Positions 38,639 through 48,495 of a stretch of DNA of 64,000 bases are shown piece by piece (positions within the stretch are counted from its first letter, which is position 1; every line of letters starts with the position of its first letter). A model generated the notes under the pieces. It was not told where the DNA came from and did not search any database. It saw nothing but the letters and a program-made list of their open reading frames with translations. Source of the DNA: Prochlorococcus sp. AG-436-O11 (GTDB lineage: Bacteria; Cyanobacteriota; Cyanobacteriia; PCC-6307; Cyanobiaceae); contig QCPO01000002.1 in NCBI GenBank assembly GCA_003212535.1, positions 33,215 through 97,214 on the forward strand, given 5' to 3'. Position numbers and translations under genes: made by a program.

Positions 38639-39856
38639 TTAAAAATTTTTTATCCATTTATTTTTAATATCATTACAAATTTTTTTATCACCAGTAATAC
38701 TTAAGAAAGGCTTGGAGAAATATTTATTAGTTACGTTTTTTATATCTTTTGGGGATATTGCTTCTATTTCTTTTAAAGAATAATCTTCGGATCTTGGATA
38801 TATTCCATAGCTAATTAACTGAAGCTCCCTATTTAAAATCTCATCTAAAGATTGAGTGCTGATAAGAAAAGAACTTTTCAATTTTTTTTTAGCTAATAAT
38901 ATTTCTTTATCAGATATTAATGAAAATAATAATTCTTTCCATAAGTTGTATAAAAGTTCAAATGCAATTATTGCGTTTTTATTAGAAACAGACATATAAA
39001 TTAAAAAAGGAGCATTATCTTTTCTGATCGGATTAAAAACCCCTACATCGTAAGTCATTCCATTTTTTTCTCTAAAAAGTTTAAATAAAATAGAACTCAT
39101 GCCAAAAGATAGATACGACTCAAGGATTTTTAATGGCCAGTGTTCAATACTTTTCCTAGAACAAGTTTGGTTACCAAACATTAGGATTAATTGATTTGAT
39201 TTTTTGTGTGAGCTAACAAATCTAGATTCTGGAATTAAATCGTACTTTGGATAACTTATTTTTTCTTTAGAAATTTTTTTGTAAAAACCTTTTGAATAAT
39301 GTTCATTGATTTTTGAATTGTTAGAAATTAGATATTTATCTCTGCTATTAAAACCTTCATATTCAGATAAAATATCGCTATATTTGATACTTAAAACATC
39401 TTTTTCATAACCTCCGCAATTAAAAGCATATGGATGTTTTAAATAAACAATTTTCCTCCATTTCTCAAAAGAAATATTAAAAGGGTTTTCCTTATCTTTT
39501 TTTATTGAATTTAAAAGTGATTTTTTAACTATTTTAAATTGGCCCTCATTAAGTAGTGGCCTACTAATTATTAAATCCAATAAAGGAAATAATTTATTGA
39601 AATGAGCATCCAATGATTTGAGGCTAATAAACATTCCATCTTCAAATACTTCTTGATTTAGTTCTGCACCATGTGATTCTATGAAATCTGAAAGTTCTAA
39701 ATTATCAAATCCTTCGCATCCTCTTATAATCAATGAACAAAGAATCTGATTTATACCCTTTTTCCCATTGCTATCTAAATTACTCCCTCCATTTATCCAG
39801 ATCATCGCAATAGAGAAATTTCTATTTATATGACTCTTAAAATATCTTTTTATCAT
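38639..39856 (-). CDS. M16 family peptidase, non-catalytic subunit
   Basis: M16 features, SSILFKLFREKNGMTYDV; lacks HxxEH. Confidence 0.85.
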   Translation of the reverse strand: MIKRYFKSHINRNFSIAMIWINGGSNLDSNGKKGINQILCSLIIRGCEGFDNLELSDFIESHGAELNQEVFEDGMFISLKSLDAHFNKLFPLLDLIISRPLLNEGQFKIVKKSLLNSIKKDKENPFNISFEKWRKIVYLKHPYAFNCGGYEKDVLSIKYSDILSEYEGFNSRDKYLISNNSKINEHYSKGFYKKISKEKISYPKYDLIPESRFVSSHKKSNQLILMFGNQTCSRKSIEHWPLKILESYLSFGMSSILFKLFREKNGMTYDVGVFNPIRKDNAPFLIYMSVSNKNAIIAFELLYNLWKELLFSLISDKEILLAKKKLKSSFLISTQSLDEILNRELQLISYGIYPRSEDYSLKEIEAISPKDIKNVTNKYFSKPFLSITGDKKICNDIKNKWIKNF

Positions 39857-41118
39857 TACTTGGGTGATGCAATAAGTATAAATTTGTCCTTTGATAAGAA
39901 ATTGATAATTTTTTTGAAATTATTTAAATTATTCCAATATTTAAGATGACTTTCTAAATTTCTTATAGAATTTTTTCTTCCCCACAAAAGTTCATTCCCA
40001 AAGAATGAAGAAAGTTGGGAGGATGTTTCTAGATTAAAGAGGTAATTGCTCTTGACAATGTTGCTAGCTTTTCTAATTTCATCGAGCGCTAAGTTTTTAT
40101 AGTCTAAAATTTCATATATTATTTCATTAATTTGTTTCTCTACATTTTTTAAATCTTTTTTTTCACAACAAGCTTCAATAATTAATAGTCCGCCTAATTC
40201 TCCAGCATTTACATCCACATATACTGATTCCACAAGATCCTTTTCCTCTTTCAAAGCTTTTACAAGTCTACTATTTCTTCCTACTGAAAGTATGGATGCT
40301 AGGATTTCGAATCCAATAACTTTCTTTTGATCATTTAGGCTTGTTATGCTCCAGGCCATAAATATTCTTGAAAATTCTAAATTTGCAAAAATAACCTCTT
40401 CTCTTCCGGTTCTTGCTAACATATTGCTCTTATTCTTTTTGGCATTTTCGATAAGTGAATTACTACTAGAAGTTTGCCTGACTATTTCTGAAAATTTACT
40501 ATCCTCAAAAGTCTTATAAGTATCTCTACAGAGATTGCCAGCAATTGAAAAACAAATTTCTTTCTTTAAATAATGATTACTATGGAATTTTTCCAGATCA
40601 TTTATTGTCAATAATTTTATACTTTCTTCAGTTCCTAAGATTGATTTAGCGTAGTTATCACTTTTCCAAACTCTTTTTAGAAAATAATTAAAAAGTTTCT
40701 CATCAGGCTGATCATTTTGTTGCTTTATCTCATCAATAACTACACTTTTTTCTTTATTAAATTCATTACTGTTAATCTTTGGTGATAGAACAATATTTGT
40801 CAAAAGAGCAAGTGATTCTTTAAAGTTACTTGGAGGTATGAGGACGTAGTAGTGTACATCATCATATCCTGTGGATGCATTGCTTATGCCACCAAGTGAT
40901 TCGATTTTATGATCAAATTCACCTGGCATTATTTTGTTATTCCCCTTAAAAATCATATGTTCTAAAAAATGAGCTGTTCCATTTTTATCAACATCTTCAA
41001 ATGAAGACCCAGCCTTACACCAAATATCTATGCTTATTAGGGGTAATTCCTTATTATCCACAAATACACATTTAGTATTGCTTGAATGGGTGTAATAGTG
41101 AATTTTTCCTAAATTCAT
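39856..41118 (-). CDS. M16 family zinc peptidase, catalytic subunit
   Basis: GTAHFLEHMIFKG (HxxEH), NASTGYD, EKSVVIDEI. Confidence 0.9.
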   Translation of the reverse strand: MNLGKIHYYTHSSNTKCVFVDNKELPLISIDIWCKAGSSFEDVDKNGTAHFLEHMIFKGNNKIMPGEFDHKIESLGGISNASTGYDDVHYYVLIPPSNFKESLALLTNIVLSPKINSNEFNKEKSVVIDEIKQQNDQPDEKLFNYFLKRVWKSDNYAKSILGTEESIKLLTINDLEKFHSNHYLKKEICFSIAGNLCRDTYKTFEDSKFSEIVRQTSSSNSLIENAKKNKSNMLARTGREEVIFANLEFSRIFMAWSITSLNDQKKVIGFEILASILSVGRNSRLVKALKEEKDLVESVYVDVNAGELGGLLIIEACCEKKDLKNVEKQINEIIYEILDYKNLALDEIRKASNIVKSNYLFNLETSSQLSSFFGNELLWGRKNSIRNLESHLKYWNNLNNFKKIINFLSKDKFILIASPK

Positions 41119-41157
41119 AAAATTTCTCTTTAAACTTTATTTTGGTCTTTTTTAATC

Positions 41158-41883
41158 TTGTTGTCTGATACTTTAAGCAAAACTAAATTAACAGATCCTT
41201 TTATTTTGGAATTGCTACAAAATATTAGAGGACATAGATCTATGATGGAAAAACTTAAATGTATAAAAATTGATCCAAAGCTTTCAAATATTATTTTTAA
41301 TGAAAAAGACAGAGAACTATATATAGAAAACGAATTTCATAAAGCAAAAGGTTTTAGAAAGTTGCATATTGAAGTAGCTGAATTCTCAAGAAATCTAAAA
41401 ATCTTACACTGTGTGTTTTTTCCTGACCCGAAATTTGATATCCCCATTTTCGGTATGGATTTAGTGAAAATTAATGAGATAGTCTCGGCAGCTATTGTTG
41501 ATCTATCCCCAGTCTCTAAAAATCAAGATATAAAGTATGAAACGATTTTAGCTAAAGTTGATAAAAGTGGGTTCTCCTCTTTAAGAGAAATTCCAAGCTG
41601 GGGAGGGATCTTTTCGAAGAATGTATTTTTTGCTTCTTTAAAAAATGAATCTGAAAAGAATGCTTTTTCAAAGATTGTTGATCAATATCTTTCCATCCTA
41701 ATTGAATTAAGTCGAGAATCTCAACCTGATTTAGATAAGGAAATCATTCAAGAAAGAATAGATTATCAAAGAAATTATTGTGTTCAACAAATGAAAAATG
41801 ACAAGACAAGGATTGTTCTTTTAAAGTATTTCGATGAACAATGGGTAGATGATTATATTAAAAATGTATTATTTGATTTTTAA
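41158..41883 (+). CDS. pcyA: Phycocyanobilin:ferredoxin oxidoreductase
   Basis: [45 protein letters not shown]. Confidence 0.93.
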   Translation: MLSDTLSKTKLTDPFILELLQNIRGHRSMMEKLKCIKIDPKLSNIIFNEKDRELYIENEFHKAKGFRKLHIEVAEFSRNLKILHCVFFPDPKFDIPIFGMDLVKINEIVSAAIVDLSPVSKNQDIKYETILAKVDKSGFSSLREIPSWGGIFSKNVFFASLKNESEKNAFSKIVDQYLSILIELSRESQPDLDKEIIQERIDYQRNYCVQQMKNDKTRIVLLKYFDEQWVDDYIKNVLFDF

Positions 41884-42800
41884 TGAATAGAAATAAGTTT
41901 AAAAATCTATTTATTTATTTATTATTAATTTCTCCTATATCTCTTGGGTCCCTTTCTTGCTCAAATAATAATAAATCAAGTTTAAAATTAAATGAAGAAA
42001 TAGTTGAAGATGTCATTCCTTCCATTACTGCAGTAGCTGCATTAGGTCAACTGTCACCAGCGGGAGAGATTAGGCAGCTGGCAGCACCTATAAGTCAGTT
42101 TGGTTCATCACCTCGAATCAATGAAATTCTAGTAAGTGAAGGAGATTTTGTGAAAAAAGGAGCTATTCTTGCAATTTTCGACAATAGAGAAAAATTAATC
42201 GCAGACCTTGAAAAAATGGATAAACTGATTAATACTGTTAATCTTGAAATAGCATTAAAGCAAGATCAAATAAAAAGATACCAAGTAGCTTTAGAGCAGG
42301 ATGCATATTCTGTCGTGAAGTTTTCTCAAAGAAAAGATGAATTATTGAAGTTACAAAAACAAAAAATAAATAATATTGGTGATAAAAAAAATATTGAGAT
42401 AGATCTATTTCATTCAAAACTTAGAAGCCCCATCGATGGTTTTATACTGGCAATCAATACAAGAGTTGGAGAGAGGCCTAAAAATGAAGGAATCCTAGAT
42501 ATCGGATCTAGTCAGAATATGGAAGCTCTTATAGAAGTATATGAATCCGATATTGACAGAGTCTTCCTTTCTCAAAATGTTGAATTAAGTAGTGAAAATG
42601 GCGGTTTCAAAAAAATACTAAAGGGTAAAGTAATTAGAATTAGTCCTCAGGTTAAACAAAGAAAGGTTTTATCAACTGATCCAACTGGTGATGCTGATTC
42701 GCGAATTATTGAGGTACTTGTACAGCTAAATAAGGAATCGATAAAGTTGGTTCAAAATTACACTGGCATGAAGGTAATTGCAAAATTTCTACCTCAATGA
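41883..42800 (+). CDS. devB: DevB-like ABC exporter membrane fusion protein
   Basis: VAALGQLSP.GEI, LVSEGDFV, RSPIDG, EVYESDI. Confidence 0.85.
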   Translation: MNRNKFKNLFIYLLLISPISLGSLSCSNNNKSSLKLNEEIVEDVIPSITAVAALGQLSPAGEIRQLAAPISQFGSSPRINEILVSEGDFVKKGAILAIFDNREKLIADLEKMDKLINTVNLEIALKQDQIKRYQVALEQDAYSVVKFSQRKDELLKLQKQKINNIGDKKNIEIDLFHSKLRSPIDGFILAINTRVGERPKNEGILDIGSSQNMEALIEVYESDIDRVFLSQNVELSSENGGFKKILKGKVIRISPQVKQRKVLSTDPTGDADSRIIEVLVQLNKESIKLVQNYTGMKVIAKFLPQ

Positions 42801-43969
42801 ATTTTTCTTTTTTAAAATTTAGAAAAATTCCTTTAGCTTGGTTGTTACTAACTAGACAACCATTAAGACTAATAGTTGCGATTGCAGGAATAAGTTTTGC
42901 TGGAATTTTGATGTTTATGCAATTAGGTTTTCGAGATGGATTATTTGATACTAGTGTGACTATTCATAAACTTTTAGATGCTGACCTTGTTTTAATAAGT
43001 CCTAGATCGAAAAGCTCTATCAGCATGAGTGGATTTCCTAAAAGAAGATTGATTCAAACTCTTGCTTTAGATCAAGTAGAAAAGACAGCTCCTGTTAACT
43101 TAAATTATCTACTCTGGAGAAATCCAGAGAATCTAAAAACTAGATCGATATTAGCTTTAGGATTTAATCCATCTGATTCTCTTCTGTTAAATGGTGGTTT
43201 TTCTAGAAAGGCTTCCAAACTTAAAAATCCAGGTAGAGTTCTTTTTGATAAACTTTCGAGACCTGAATTCGGCCCAATTGAAGAATGGTTTTTGTCAGGG
43301 CAGAAAGTTGAAACTGAGGTCGCAGGTAAAAGAGTAATTGTCGAAGACCTTGTTGCGTTGGGCCCGTCTTTTGGAGCAGATGGTAACTTAATAACAAGTC
43401 GAGAAACCTTCTTAAGGCTTTTCCCTGCTAATCCTAAGGGAAGTATTGAAATTGGATTGGTTAAGCTTAGAAAAGAATCTAATCCTGAATTGGTTTCTAA
43501 AATCTTAAATAACTCTCTTCCAAATGATGTACGTGTTCTTACAAAAAATCAATTTATAGAATTTGAGAAGAATTATTGGAAAAATAGTACAGCAATAGGA
43601 TTTATTTTTAGTTTGGGAGCTTTGATGGGTTTCGTTGTAGGGTGTGTTGTTGTTTATCAAATTCTTTATAGCGACGTTACAGACCATCTTCCTGAGTATG
43701 CAACTTTATTGGCTATGGGGTATAGATTAAAGTCTCTTTTCTTTGTTGTAGCAAGAGAAGGATTTTTATTGGCATTGTTTGGTTATTTACCTGCATACTT
43801 TTCTGGTCAAATACTTTATTCAATTATAAGACAATCTACTAAGCTCCCAATAGTAATGGATGCTGAAAAAACAATTTTAATTTTCATGTTAGTTTTGATT
43901 ATGTGCATGGGATCTGCGGGTATAGCTATGCGTAAATTAGTTGATGCAGATCCTGCAGAGATCTTTTAA
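42797..43969 (+). CDS. devC: DevC-like ABC exporter permease
   Basis: IPLAWLLL, FAGILMFMQLGF, YQILYSDV.DHLPEYATL, ADPAEIF. Confidence 0.9.
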   Translation: MNFSFLKFRKIPLAWLLLTRQPLRLIVAIAGISFAGILMFMQLGFRDGLFDTSVTIHKLLDADLVLISPRSKSSISMSGFPKRRLIQTLALDQVEKTAPVNLNYLLWRNPENLKTRSILALGFNPSDSLLLNGGFSRKASKLKNPGRVLFDKLSRPEFGPIEEWFLSGQKVETEVAGKRVIVEDLVALGPSFGADGNLITSRETFLRLFPANPKGSIEIGLVKLRKESNPELVSKILNNSLPNDVRVLTKNQFIEFEKNYWKNSTAIGFIFSLGALMGFVVGCVVVYQILYSDVTDHLPEYATLLAMGYRLKSLFFVVAREGFLLALFGYLPAYFSGQILYSIIRQSTKLPIVMDAEKTILIFMLVLIMCMGSAGIAMRKLVDADPAEIF

Positions 43970-43986
43970 TATTTAAATAATCAGAT

Positions 43987-44718
43987 ATGTTTAAAAGTAA
44001 AAATAAAGCAAGTAATAAAGTTAATTATTCGAATACAGTTTCAATAAATAATTTGAGTCACTTTTATGGAAGAAATGAAAATAAAAAACAAGTTCTTAAT
44101 AGTATAAATTTAAGAATTGAGAAAAGCGAGGTGGTTCTTTTAAAAGGCCCCTCTGGTTGTGGTAAAACAACTCTTTTAACTCTAATTGGTGCATTGAGAA
44201 CATGCCAAAGTGGCGATTTAAAGGTTTTAAATAATCAATTAAATGGGGCATCGATCAAAACAAGGCAAAAACTTAGAAAAAGTATTGGCATGATTTTTCA
44301 GGGTCATAATCTGCTGAGATGTTTAACTGCTGAACAAAATGTTCAAATGGGTGCCGATTTAATAAAAGGTTTAACTTATTTACAAAGAAGAGAGATTGCC
44401 CGAAAATGGTTATCTGCAGTTGGTTTAGAAGAACATTATAAGAAATTACCTAGTGATTTATCTGGGGGGCAGAAACAGAGGGTTGCAATTGCAAGAGCAT
44501 TATCTGCTAATCCAAAATTATTACTTGCTGATGAACCTACTTCTGCATTAGATAGCGTTACAGGGAGAGAAATAGTTACTCTTTTACGAAAATTAGCAAA
44601 AGAGCAAAACTGTTCAGTACTTATGGTTACGCATGATCCAAGAATTTCTGATATGGCGGACAGGATATTAAATATGGAAGATGGTAAAATATTTAATGCT
44701 CATAGTGAGCTAATATAG
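43987..44718 (+). CDS. devA: DevA-like ABC exporter ATPase
   Basis: GPSGCGKTT, LSGGQKQRVAIARAL, ADEPTSALD. Confidence 0.9.
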   Translation: MFKSKNKASNKVNYSNTVSINNLSHFYGRNENKKQVLNSINLRIEKSEVVLLKGPSGCGKTTLLTLIGALRTCQSGDLKVLNNQLNGASIKTRQKLRKSIGMIFQGHNLLRCLTAEQNVQMGADLIKGLTYLQRREIARKWLSAVGLEEHYKKLPSDLSGGQKQRVAIARALSANPKLLLADEPTSALDSVTGREIVTLLRKLAKEQNCSVLMVTHDPRISDMADRILNMEDGKIFNAHSELI

Positions 44719-44736
44719 TTAAAAGTTAATTTTTTT

Positions 44737-44886
44737 ATGTCTAAGAGAAGGAATCTAAAAAAAGAAAAGCAAGAAAGGAATCGTGCATATGCTAGAAAGT
44801 TTAAAAAAAGAAAACTTAGAACTGATGGTAGACCAGAGGGTGGAAATGTAACAGGCACAGCAAGTAATGGCGGGGCCGCAGATTAG
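44737..44886 (+). CDS. 49-aa highly basic small protein
   Basis: MSKRRNLKKEKQERNRAYARKFKKRKLRTDGRPEGGNVTGTASNGGAAD*. Confidence 0.75.
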   Translation: MSKRRNLKKEKQERNRAYARKFKKRKLRTDGRPEGGNVTGTASNGGAAD

Positions 44887-44948
44887 CTTCATAGTTTGAT
44901 TTTATTTATACCTGCTTTTTTTATTTACTGCCCAAATAATACATTATT

Positions 44949-45860
44949 ATGAATGTCAGTATTGTTATTCCAACCTTTAATAGAAAACCTATATTAGAGA
45001 AATGTCTTAAAGCATTAGAAAATCAGAAATTAAATGAAAATGTTGGTAATTATGAAATTATTGTAGTTGATGATGGTTCAACAGATGGCACAAGCTCTTG
45101 GATAAAAAATAATAGGGATATTCTTCCCCACGTTTTTTTATATGAACAAGCACACGGGGGTCCTGCCTTAGGAAGAAATCTTGGTGTAATTAAGTCCAAA
45201 TATGAAATTATTATATTTATTGATAGTGATCTTATTGTTTTAGATGATTTTATAATTAGCCATATTGATAAATTACTCATCTATTGGAGCAAATATAACA
45301 AAAAGTGTTTTACTTATGGCTCAGTTATTAATACTTCTGATTTTCAAAATCCACAAAGTGAAAAATATAAACTAATGGACACTTCATTTGCTTACTTTGC
45401 GACTGGAAATGTTGCTATATCAAAAGAATTAATTTTAAGTGTTGGGTTGTTTGATACCACTTTTAGCCTTTACGGTTGGGAGGATTTAGAACTAGGAGAA
45501 CGATTAAAAAAAATTGGTACAAAATTAATTAAATGCCCAAGGGCGGTAGGTTATCATTGGCATCCACGATTTAATTATGAACAGATTGATTCATTAATAG
45601 CCCAAGAGAAGGAGCGGGCAAGGATGGCACTTGTTTTCTTTAAGAAACATCCTAATTTAAGGGTTAGATTTATGATTCAATTAACTCCTCTTCATAATTT
45701 GCTATGGCAAATGCTTTGTCTTGGAGGCTTAATCAGTATTGAGAGAGTATTACCATTATTAAAATTTCTAATTAATTCGAAAAGAGAAAGGCTTGCACTT
45801 GAGATCCTAAGGATTCCTCTAAATTTGATTTACATTAAACACCTAAACAAATTAAGATGA
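44949..45860 (+). CDS. Glycosyltransferase family 2
   Basis: SIVIPTFN, VVDDGSTD, FIDSD, YGWEDLELG. Confidence 0.92.
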   Translation: MNVSIVIPTFNRKPILEKCLKALENQKLNENVGNYEIIVVDDGSTDGTSSWIKNNRDILPHVFLYEQAHGGPALGRNLGVIKSKYEIIIFIDSDLIVLDDFIISHIDKLLIYWSKYNKKCFTYGSVINTSDFQNPQSEKYKLMDTSFAYFATGNVAISKELILSVGLFDTTFSLYGWEDLELGERLKKIGTKLIKCPRAVGYHWHPRFNYEQIDSLIAQEKERARMALVFFKKHPNLRVRFMIQLTPLHNLLWQMLCLGGLISIERVLPLLKFLINSKRERLALEILRIPLNLIYIKHLNKLR

Positions 45861-45908
45861 GATACTTTTAGAAATGCCTATTAATTGGTATAGTATAAAA
45901 AATTAAAA

Positions 45909-45977
45909 CCACACATCTGACTGTTTCGGGTGATTTGTATTTATAAATTTCCCGTCAGATGGAGGCTAACCCGAAAC
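45909..45977 (+). promoter_or_regulatory. rpsB 5' leader (S2 autoregulatory RNA structure)
   Basis: CATCTGAC (45914-45921)/GTCAGATG (45954-45961) stem and GTTTCGGGT (45923-45931)/ACCCGAAAC (45969-45977) pseudoknot flanking GGAGG. Confidence 0.7.
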
Positions 45978-45986
45978 TACTAAATT

Positions 45987-46691
45987 ATGGCTGTTGTATC
46001 ACTATCTGAAATGATGGAAGCTGGTGCCCACTTTGGGCACCAAACTAGACGTTGGAACCCCAAAATGTCTAAGTATATATATTGTGCGAGAAATGGGGTG
46101 CATATTATTGATCTAGTTAAAACCGCATTATGTATGAATAATGCATATAAATGGACCAGAAACGCCGCGAAAAGCGGAAAAAGATTTCTCTTCGTTGGAA
46201 CAAAAAAACAAGCATCCGAGGTTGTTGCTCAAGAAGCAACTAGGTGTGGCGCTGCATATGTTAATCAAAGGTGGCTAGGAGGAATGCTTACTAATTGGAC
46301 AACCATGAAAGCAAGGATTGAAAGATTGAAGGATCTAGAAAGAATGGAAAGTAGTGGTTCTATTGCAATGAGACCTAAGAAGGAGGGTGCTGTCCTAAGA
46401 AGAGAGCTAGAGCGCTTACAAAAGTATTTAGGAGGACTGAAGGATATGAGAAGATTGCCAGACGTTGTTGTTCTAGTTGATCAAAGAAGAGAGTCCAATG
46501 CAGTTCTTGAAGCTCGGAAATTAGATATTTCTTTAGTATCAATGCTCGATACTAACTGTGACCCGGATTTGTGTGAAGTTCCTATTCCATGTAATGATGA
46601 TGCAGTTAGATCTGTTCAACTTATATTAGGACGATTAGCAGATGCAATAAATGAGGGGAGAAAAGGTTCTAATAATGATAGAAGAAATTAA
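45987..46691 (+). CDS. rpsB: 30S ribosomal protein S2
   Basis: [32 protein letters not shown]. Confidence 0.98.
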   Translation: MAVVSLSEMMEAGAHFGHQTRRWNPKMSKYIYCARNGVHIIDLVKTALCMNNAYKWTRNAAKSGKRFLFVGTKKQASEVVAQEATRCGAAYVNQRWLGGMLTNWTTMKARIERLKDLERMESSGSIAMRPKKEGAVLRRELERLQKYLGGLKDMRRLPDVVVLVDQRRESNAVLEARKLDISLVSMLDTNCDPDLCEVPIPCNDDAVRSVQLILGRLADAINEGRKGSNNDRRN

Positions 46692-46734
46692 TTTCAAATT
46701 CAAACTTTACTAATTACTATTTTTTATTAATTAA

Positions 46735-47391
46735 ATGGGAAACATTACAGCAAAACTCGTAAAAGATCTTAGAGATCAGACTGGGGCGGGAATGATGGAT
46801 TGCAAAAAAGCTCTAAAAGAGACAGATGGGAATGTTGAAAAGGCTCTGGAATGGCTGAGAAAAAAGGGTATAGCTAGTGCAGAAAAAAAATCAGGTCGAA
46901 TTGCAACCGAAGGCTCTATTGGTAGCTATATTCATACAGGATCTAGAGTTGGAGTTCTTTTAGAATTAAATTGTGAAACTGATTTTGTAGCCAGGGGAGA
47001 TATATTTCAATCTCTTTTAAAAGATGTTTCTATGCAAGTAGCAGCGTGTCCTAATGTCGAGTACGTATCAATTGATGAAATCCCCACAGACGTTGTTGAG
47101 AAAGAAAAACAGATTGAAATGGGTAGAGACGATTTATCTGGAAAACCAGAACAAATTAAAGAAAAAATTGTAGAAGGAAGAATAGCTAAAAGACTTAACG
47201 AGTTAGTATTACTTTCTCAACCATATATAAAGGACAGTTCTCTCACGGTAGAGGATATTGTGAAGCAAGCAGCAGCAAAAATCGGAGAAAATATTAAAGT
47301 AAGACGTTTTACTAGATATACTTTAGGCGAAGGTATTGTAAAAAATGAAATTGACTTCGCTGACGAAGTTGCATCATTACAATCAAATTAA
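46735..47391 (+). CDS. tsf: Elongation factor Ts
   Basis: [27 protein letters not shown]. Confidence 0.98.
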   Translation: MGNITAKLVKDLRDQTGAGMMDCKKALKETDGNVEKALEWLRKKGIASAEKKSGRIATEGSIGSYIHTGSRVGVLLELNCETDFVARGDIFQSLLKDVSMQVAACPNVEYVSIDEIPTDVVEKEKQIEMGRDDLSGKPEQIKEKIVEGRIAKRLNELVLLSQPYIKDSSLTVEDIVKQAAAKIGENIKVRRFTRYTLGEGIVKNEIDFADEVASLQSN

Positions 47392-47395
47392 AAAC

Positions 47396-48475
47396 TTGAA
47401 TAAATTAATTAATAATTTAGAACGAGAGGAAATAAGGACCCAGCTATTGCGTGCAGAAGTACATAAAAATAGATTAGTAAAGAATATTTATAAGGAATAT
47501 GAATCTTATCTTAAAACTGTTAGGGATTTAATTTTTACTTCAGTCTTAAAAACTATTTATCGATTTTGCACTACCTTTTCAATTAATGATAATAAATTAA
47601 ATACAAGAGAATTATTCAATAGTTTAGAAAATAAAATAAGCTATTTGATTAATTCACAACTGCCTCTAATAACTATTGAACAATTAAAGATTAACGACTC
47701 TAGTAATACAAAAAGTCTAGATATAGATTCTAAAGCTTTAAGAGAAGTATCAGAATTTAAAAACTATCATAAAGATTCTCCTAATTTTGAAGATTATTTA
47801 ATTGATGAAGAATCTTTAATGTTTAATATCAATAAAGATATTTCTTATAGTAATGAATATTATCGATCAATAGATAATAAAAACCTTTCATCGATTGATT
47901 TAGATTGCAGAGATTATTTAAATGATTTTCCAAAAATAAAGTTAATTAGCAAAATAGATTCACAAAATCCCATTATAACTTCTTTGCTTGAAATACTCGA
48001 AGAGTCTATTGATAATAAACTTATTGATTCTGAAGATTTAAATAATTACCATCAAGATATATCTACTATAAATCAAAACCTTAATTGCTTTGAATTAATA
48101 GATAATTCACTAGCTAATTTATTATTAAATCTTTCTTATAAGATTAATTTAGAATTATATGAATCAAAAATAATAAAAAAACTAATTTCAGAAAATACTT
48201 TTAAGTTGCTAGCTAACAAGAAATTTATCATAAATCATCCAATTCCTTTTATAATAGAATTTAACCTTAACGAAAATCAATCATATACAGATGGTATAAA
48301 ATTACCAAGTATTTATATGTTCAATATTAGTTCTGTTGAATTGGAATTTAAACATTTAAATCTTTCAATCCATAGGAATAAAATAAATGAATTAAAAAAT
48401 AAATTTAAACTTTTGACTAAAAAGGAAAAATACTGGAGACAAAAAGAAATAAACTTAAATAAAATACTTAAATAA
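47396..48475 (+). CDS. Conserved picocyanobacterial hypothetical protein between tsf and recG
   Basis: Long ORF; TTG at 47396 is in frame with the ORF-track start and avoids overlap with tsf. Confidence 0.7.
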   Translation: MNKLINNLEREEIRTQLLRAEVHKNRLVKNIYKEYESYLKTVRDLIFTSVLKTIYRFCTTFSINDNKLNTRELFNSLENKISYLINSQLPLITIEQLKINDSSNTKSLDIDSKALREVSEFKNYHKDSPNFEDYLIDEESLMFNINKDISYSNEYYRSIDNKNLSSIDLDCRDYLNDFPKIKLISKIDSQNPIITSLLEILEESIDNKLIDSEDLNNYHQDISTINQNLNCFELIDNSLANLLLNLSYKINLELYESKIIKKLISENTFKLLANKKFIINHPIPFIIEFNLNENQSYTDGIKLPSIYMFNISSVELEFKHLNLSIHRNKINELKNKFKLLTKKEKYWRQKEINLNKILK

Positions 48476-48495
48476 ATATATTTACTTATTCTAAA

